This document shows positions 57,526 to 64,000 of a stretch of 64,000 nucleotides of DNA, in pieces (the stretch's first letter is position 1; each line of letters opens with the position of its first letter). The position numbers and the translations under genes were made by a program. The notes under the pieces are model-generated. The model was not told the DNA's origin. It saw only the letters and a program-made list of their open reading frames with translations, and did not search any database. This stretch comes from Amoebidium appalachense (Eukaryota; Protista; Ichthyosporea), in assembly GCA_963693365.1 (NCBI GenBank), contig CAVNZM010000017.1, positions 659,989-723,988 of the forward strand. Direction: 5' to 3'.

Positions 57526-59302
57526 CAGCAACTGACAGTGGGGTGGGGTGGGGTGGGGTGGGGTGGGGTGGGTGGGTGGGGGGGGGGGGGGGGGGGGGGG
57601 GTACACATGTGTACACGTAGTTCCATATATATCAACCAACACTCTTCAGTGTGCGCGCCTTCAAACACGCGCACGTGTCATTATTGTGCAGCCACCAACG
57701 GCTAGCAAGCAAACTACGCTACAACAAAACTTATCAGTTGGAACTCCATATCAATATAAATGGACGGACACATAGTAGGCTCTCTGAACATGCATGCTAT
57801 TATAGGAAAAACTAGGTTTTAAACTTTACGTACTATGATTTCAGAGCCAGCAGAGCCATTTCAGAGCCAGAGCCAGCTCCAACTTTCCCTCTTTCTTGCT
57901 CTCTCCAACTCCAACTCCACTGCCTTCCTACCACCCCTTGCCCCCGCCCCCCCCCCCCCCCCCCCCCCCCCTCCCCCTCCCCTCCCCTCCCCTGAGAAGC
58001 ACACCACGAGAGTGCTCAGGGAGAACTCACCTGTCAATATTCGATCGACTTATCCCTGTCCGCTCCGTCACAACGTTGACCGCATGGGGGTGCCTCTGGT
58101 CCCCCCCACCCAGGTCCTCCGAGGCTTCCCATACTGATTCAACCACCATCATCCTTTCACCAATGGAGTAAGCTTCGCGACGCTTAGCCCCTTGGTTATC
58201 TTTCCGCCCGTCTACCGGTTTCACAGGACCAGAGGCACTGTCGCTCGCTCGTGCGGGAACACTTTCCCCTTTACCCTTTGACTTGCTTGGTTTAGCTACC
58301 TTCCCTGGAGCTGGTTTTCGTTTCCTGCCTGGCTCTACAATAGAAGCACGCTCCGCGTCCAACTGGGCACGGTTAGTGGTCCGCTTAGAGGCTAGTTCTT
58401 CGTCATAGTCAGTAAATATGATCTGGGGCACCTGAATGTCGTAGCGCATTCGCTTTACTTGGCTGGTGGTATTGTCCGACCGCTTGGACTGGACAGACGC
58501 AAACATTCGCTTAAGTCGATCGCTGGTCGTTTTGCACTTGCAGTGCTTCTCGTGCCCAGTCATGGCCGGGCCGTGGTTTGTTTTGAACGTGCACCCCTGT
58601 TTCGCATAAACACACTCATAAGCGCTTTTCTCAATTCGCTCAATTCTAACTACTTCCTCTGCTCCTTTTTCCAAGTGAATGTACCCTTTGACTTTTCCGT
58701 TCTGGTCGCGTTGTTTTATGCGTGTCGTCGTTATCTGATAAATGCTCACCTTCTTGGTGGTGGAGGAGGAAACGGTGTTTGGCCTGGGAACTGTCTCACT
58801 ACCCGCTGCCGGGGGCCCTGCAGCAGGGCTGGCTGCTGTGTCTGTGCGAGTGTTTGTGTAGGGTGTGCTTGTGTGTAGGGGGGGGTCGGCTAAAGCCCCC
58901 GTGGCATTGGTATTGGTTGTTTTGGGTAAAAGGGTGGAAATTAATTCCTGTTTGAACTCATCGACAGCACCATCAATCTTTGCAGAAAAATCATTCTTTA
59001 TTTTTTTTGCAGCTTTCTCCACTTGGCCCATAAAATCGAAAGCACTAGCGAGCCTGGTACGGCCGTCCTCCCCGTCGAGGGCGGACATTTTTCCAACTCA
59101 TTAACTACTAAGGGCTGAGTAGATGCCGCACAGATGTTGTTAGGAAAGGCCGAACTGGTAAAGAAAGGCCCTGCTGAGAGGGGCCCCGTGTGTGCCCATG
59201 GAACTCGTGTGCCATGCTGCCCAATGATTGGCCTAAAAGCCCGCCTCGGCCCTGCAGCCAATCACTGATGATGCTCATGAAACTATCTCGCAGCCCCTTT
59301 CC

Positions 59303-59342
<40 letters not shown>

Positions 59343-59416
59343 GGGATAGTCCCGGGGGAGGGGGAGGGGGGGGGGAGGGGGGTTTCAAGGTGGTCACGGT
59401 GGTGGTGGTGGTGTGT

Positions 59417-59479
<63 letters not shown>

Positions 59480-59614
59480 GGGGGGGGGGGGGGGGGCTAG
59501 CGAAAAAATCTTAAGGATAGACTTGAAGGTCCAGCCGGCTAGAATCTTAAATTTTCCAAAATTTCTAGCGCTACAATCTTAATTTCGGAAAATCTTAAAT
59601 TTAGTCGACCCCTG
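57381..59614 (-). mobile_element. Tc1/mariner (pogo-like) element, copy 2, intronic
   Basis: Same TIRs; TA duplicated (57379-80, 59615-16); empty site GGCGC-TA-GCCC at 10941-10951. Confidence 0.92.
58027..59088 (-). CDS. Truncated transposase-like ORF, copy 2
   Basis: The 353-aa translation matches that of 31202-32263 in the ORF track. Confidence 0.65.
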   Translation of the reverse strand: MSALDGEDGRTRLASAFDFMGQVEKAAKKIKNDFSAKIDGAVDEFKQELISTLLPKTTNTNATGALADPPLHTSTPYTNTRTDTAASPAAGPPAAGSETVPRPNTVSSSTTKKVSIYQITTTRIKQRDQNGKVKGYIHLEKGAEEVVRIERIEKSAYECVYAKQGCTFKTNHGPAMTGHEKHCKCKTTSDRLKRMFASVQSKRSDNTTSQVKRMRYDIQVPQIIFTDYDEELASKRTTNRAQLDAERASIVEPGRKRKPAPGKVAKPSKSKGKGESVPARASDSASGPVKPVDGRKDNQGAKRREAYSIGERMMVVESVWEASEDLGGGDQRHPHAVNVVTERTGISRSNIDR

Positions 59615-59742
59615 TAGCCCAGATTTCTTTTCTCATCTCTGGGGAGGCGCCCCCTTTACTCTTACTCTACACTAGGTGGGTGGGTGGGTGGGTGGGTGGG
59701 TGTGTGGGTGGCGTGGGTGTGGGCGGGCGGGCGGGCGGGCGG

Positions 59743-59800
<58 letters not shown>

Positions 59801-59841
59801 CTGCGTGCGTGCTTGGTGGTGGTGGCGGTGATGGTGCTGGC

Positions 59842-59908
<67 letters not shown>

Positions 59909-61643
59909 CGGGGGGGGGGGGGGGGGGGGGAGGGGGAGGGGGGAGGGGTAGGGGGGATGGGCCAACCAAAGCCATCAGTACTATTAGCTCACAACCCCAA
60001 ACCATGCAATATGGGGTGTGCCCCTTGTACTGGTAGTAGTATACAATTTGGGTGGTAGCTCACATCCCCACCATTCTAGGCGCAAGGTAACAGCTGAGGA
60101 TGTGCGCAGAGCCAAGGAGCTGAAGGGGGATTTGAAGAAAATGCTGGAAGTATGCGATCTGATCAGGTGTGTGGGGGTTGGGTGGTTGGCATGGGTGTCT
60201 GGTTGCATGTGTGTGCAGGCATTTGTCCACCTCCATATCATCTATAATGCCTGTAACGTGGTTGTTGTGGGGAAACATGACGTGCCCTGCCACCCCCCTT
60301 CCCCCGCACCCCCCCCCCCCCCCCCCCCCCCCCCTTCCTCCAGAACACCCATGGGCAGGCGCTGGCGCGCGCACACACACACAGAGAGAATCTGTAGTCG
60401 CGAAGCAAACGCTGACACGAGCCATAGCCAGAAAATCGTGGGGTTGCCTCTGCCTGACGGTGTAGTTCCAAACATGAAGAATTCGCGCCAGGTGAGCCAC
60501 CCCACCCACGGCATGCTTTCAAAATTCTATTCTTAGCTTGCTATTTTTGGCTACATCCTGTATTTTTGGGGGCTCTCAAGTGCCTTTTCCACGGTTGTGA
60601 CCTCACCTCGACTTAAGAATAAAAAGCCCCTAAGTATATGATTGTTTGCATAGGTGAACCTCAAACAAGATATTGGCTCAATGGCCGGCTAGCTTTTATC
60701 AAGTATGACATCACTTTTCTGACAGTGAATCCATGGTAGGAATAGATGTCGACGTTGGTCTTGATCCTGCCCCTGCTGTTCTTTCTCCAAAAAATAGAGT
60801 AAGTGTATGCATGTGTTTGTATGGACTAATGGAGTATTCATCTGTTAACACCCTTTTACACACCCACAGAGCCAGGCAGTGCAGATCAACATTCGACGCA
60901 GTGCGATGCAGTATGTGCAGGTATATTTTATGCTCCTTCTCCCCCTCTTCACTGGCTTGAGATGTGATATAGGTAATTGTGTTGCGGTTGGAGACAGATT
61001 ATCTCCAAGCGCATAACTTGGCGCACATAGCTGAATGGATAGCTTGGCTTCCTACGACATCGACGGATGACTGGCACGCCCATTTCCATTTGCTCTCATG
61101 ATGTCATAATTTAACCTAATATGGAAGAAGGGCGTTGCTCTAACCAATCATGAGCACCCAATCCATAACACCAGAGAAGCTAAGGGCCCTTTTTGGAACC
61201 CTTCTGTCTTTCCACCTATTCACTGCAATGCTATTCTTTCTCATTCCCTTTACGGCAACACTGTGCTTTCTCATTCTATTTATAGCACCATCTAGCCACG
61301 TGTAACCACGTGTTTTTTTTGGTGGCACAGGAGCGCATGGTGAAACTACAGGCTTTGCCTCTTCAGCCAAGCCCCCCCTCACCAAAGGCCCAAAAGAAAG
61401 TCAGCAAGACAAACACAGCACCGGCACAAAAACAAATCAAATTCCCAAAGGTGAGTGGCCTTGTTGGTTGCTGTTGGGTTGGTGCGACGGTGTGGCGCTA
61501 GGGGATGTGTGCAAGTGCACACACGCGCACAGGCACATGCACATGCGCACGCCCACACGCGCGCACACACACACACAAAAAAACACAGACATCCACCTGA
61601 GCTCAAAGCACGAACACACACGCAAACATATGTGCGCGCACGA

Positions 61644-61732
<89 letters not shown>

Positions 61733-62226
61733 CACGCACGCACGCACATACACGTGCACGCGCATGTACGCGGTGTACGTGCGCATGCATGCACGCACGC
61801 GTACAAATCTGGCACAAGCTCGCACACACTTTGCACTGCAGGTTGAAAGGGGGGGGGGGGGGGGGGGGGGAGCGGGGAGAGAACTAAGAGGGAGGGGGCA
61901 GGGGTTAAAATCACAAATCTAACTGGGGTTAATATGACCAATGACACCATTTTTTTCGGGCTGGCAGATGAGTGAGTCACAAAGGGCCGAAGCAATAGCC
62001 ATCCACGTGGACCAGAGGGACTATGTGGTCCGCACCCTCAGAGAGGTGAGTGTGCTATTTTGGGCACCTTGGGCTAAAAATAGACACCTTATACCCTGTG
62101 ACTTTACTTCTTCATTCAGAAAAGAGAAGAATTTTGTTTCTGGTACCAGGAGAGTGCATTGTTGTCTTTCTGGAAACAATGTGTGGCCTGTTTTCTTTTG
62201 TTGTTGTGTGCAGATGTTTTTTTTTT

Positions 62227-62280
<54 letters not shown>

Positions 62281-62652
62281 GGGGGTTAGGCGATTGTTTC
62301 TGTGTGTTTGTGTGTGTGGATGTGAAGGTATATGGGGTTTGGGAGAATGTATGCGCGCAAATGGATGGGCGGACGGGAAGGAGGGGAGGGGGAGGGGGGA
62401 GGGGTCTTTTTCGATTTTTTATTGGGAGCGTTTTGGGTTTGGGTGTGTGTGCTTGAATACAAAATCACGGGGACGCGGGGAAAGGGGGGGGGGGGGGAGA
62501 GGGGGGGGGGGGCTTCCCTTTCTTGTTCTCGTAGTGAACAGTTTGTGTTAGTGTTTGTGTGTACATTGTGTGTGCGTGTGCGTGTGCGCACGCGTCTGTG
62601 CGTGTGTGTGTGCGTGCGTGCATGCATGGGTTTGGGTTTTTATTTCTATTTA

Positions 62653-62691
<39 letters not shown>

Positions 62692-63658
62692 AAAGTTACC
62701 TCCTGTGTGTGCTGACGTGTTTTGGCCTACTGCACAGGCACGAAGGAAAGGCAACCAAGAGGAGATAGTGTCTCTGGAGGCAGCCCTGATGGATCTAAAC
62801 AGTCCATTAGAGAGTCTGGGGGTGGACTCGCGTAGATAGTGGTTCCTAACTAATTTTAAAAAAAATAAAGTGAGTTATTAAGGTTTACAGTGTGGGATTG
62901 CCGGATGGTAGTTTAGTCCTTTAATTCTCTTTTTAATGTATGGAATGTAGGTCAAAATATCAGGATTAATTGTTCGGTTTCAATTGTGCCAGTGGACGTT
63001 GATACAACAAATGAATGTCAGCGGAGAAATGAAGTACAAGTATCTACTTTTAGAAAAGAAAATTCGATGTATGAATGCACGAGTTTGGGTCTCACTGTTG
63101 TAAACGATGTGCCGTTATGTATGTAGGGTAGAGGTGGTGGTGTGCCAATGAACGAGAGGAAAGGTAGAAAACAGTGGGTGGGTGTTGCGCTTGCCCACGA
63201 AATGTTCATATAAGCAAGAAACAGGTTTTCTATGTTAATTCTGCTCAGATTTACTATTATATATACATGTGCATGTAATTAAACCACCGGCAGCAATGGT
63301 CATGATGTTGGTGTTCATTGTTTCGTCACTGCATGTGTGCATGCATTTAGGGCCTCGAGGGAGCTCCGTGTTTTTTTTGTGTGTGTGTGTTTGTGTGTGT
63401 GTGTTTCCTTTGTTTGTTTTGGTGGTGGTGGTTTGCAAGGGGGGGGGGGGGGGGGGGGGGGGCATATCGGGTGTACATCCCATGGGTCACAGTTACGCAA
63501 ACCAGTTTTATGGTTGAATATGTATGTGCATGCCAACTTCAGTCAACCTTCGAGCTCCCCAGCAGCCCCCCCCCCCCCCCCCCCTGGCACCAACACACAC
63601 ACACACACACGCACACACACACACACACGCACGCACGCACGCACACAAACACGCACGT

Positions 63659-63701
<43 letters not shown>

Positions 63702-64000
63702 GGCTCTGTTCACTGCCTGGGTATCAAATGCCTATGCATAGGCTAGTATGAAAATTTTCAGGAGCTACTAGACATGTATGTGTATATTTTTTTATACTAT
63801 GCATATGGACATTATTGAGAAGTTTATCAAAGGAGACGCAATCGAGATGTGACTGATATCTCAGAAAAGAAAATGCAAAAAGCCTTACTCTCGGATATGG
63901 AGGAGATAACGACTAATTATAAGATAATCATATATCGAGAAAACTCGTTAAACATACGGTGATTTAACATAAAGCCAATAGAAGTAATATCAGGATTATC

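Overview
Eukaryotic genomic DNA with small exons and introns full of (CA/TG)n, (GA)n and poly-C/G tracts. The gene content looks opisthokont-like, but this is inference only. Almost all ORF-track entries are microsatellite artefacts. Host genes rebuilt from splice sites and motifs: (1) the last three exons of an M18 aspartyl aminopeptidase (+, 844-1951); (2) a full ~18-exon Rabenosyn-5/Vac1-like gene with C2H2, two FYVE domains and a C-terminal Rab-binding helical hairpin (+, 3084-14637); (3) the 5' half of a GH20 (HexD/GcnA-type) hexosaminidase that appears to break off (-, 22712-17531); (4) one long exon encoding three AP2 DNA-binding domains (-, 25243-24317). The right half is a transposon nest. 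It holds a TA-targeting Tc1/mariner-pogo-like element in two near-identical copies (30683-32835, 57381-59614) and a Ty1/copia element, A1 (33784-47733), with a second copia family, B (36735-43490), nested in its RT. From ~48.9 kb to the end is a duplicate of ~6.8-16.0 kb. Its Rabenosyn copy is knocked out by a non-autonomous chimeric derivative of family A, A2 (51198-55453), inserted in the FYVE exon. Empty target sites for three insertions occur elsewhere in the window. No rRNA, tRNA or CRISPR array was found. The best candidates for something new are A2 with its unknown cargo and conserved hairpin array, the zinc-finger/HTH pogo-like element, and the triple-AP2 exon.
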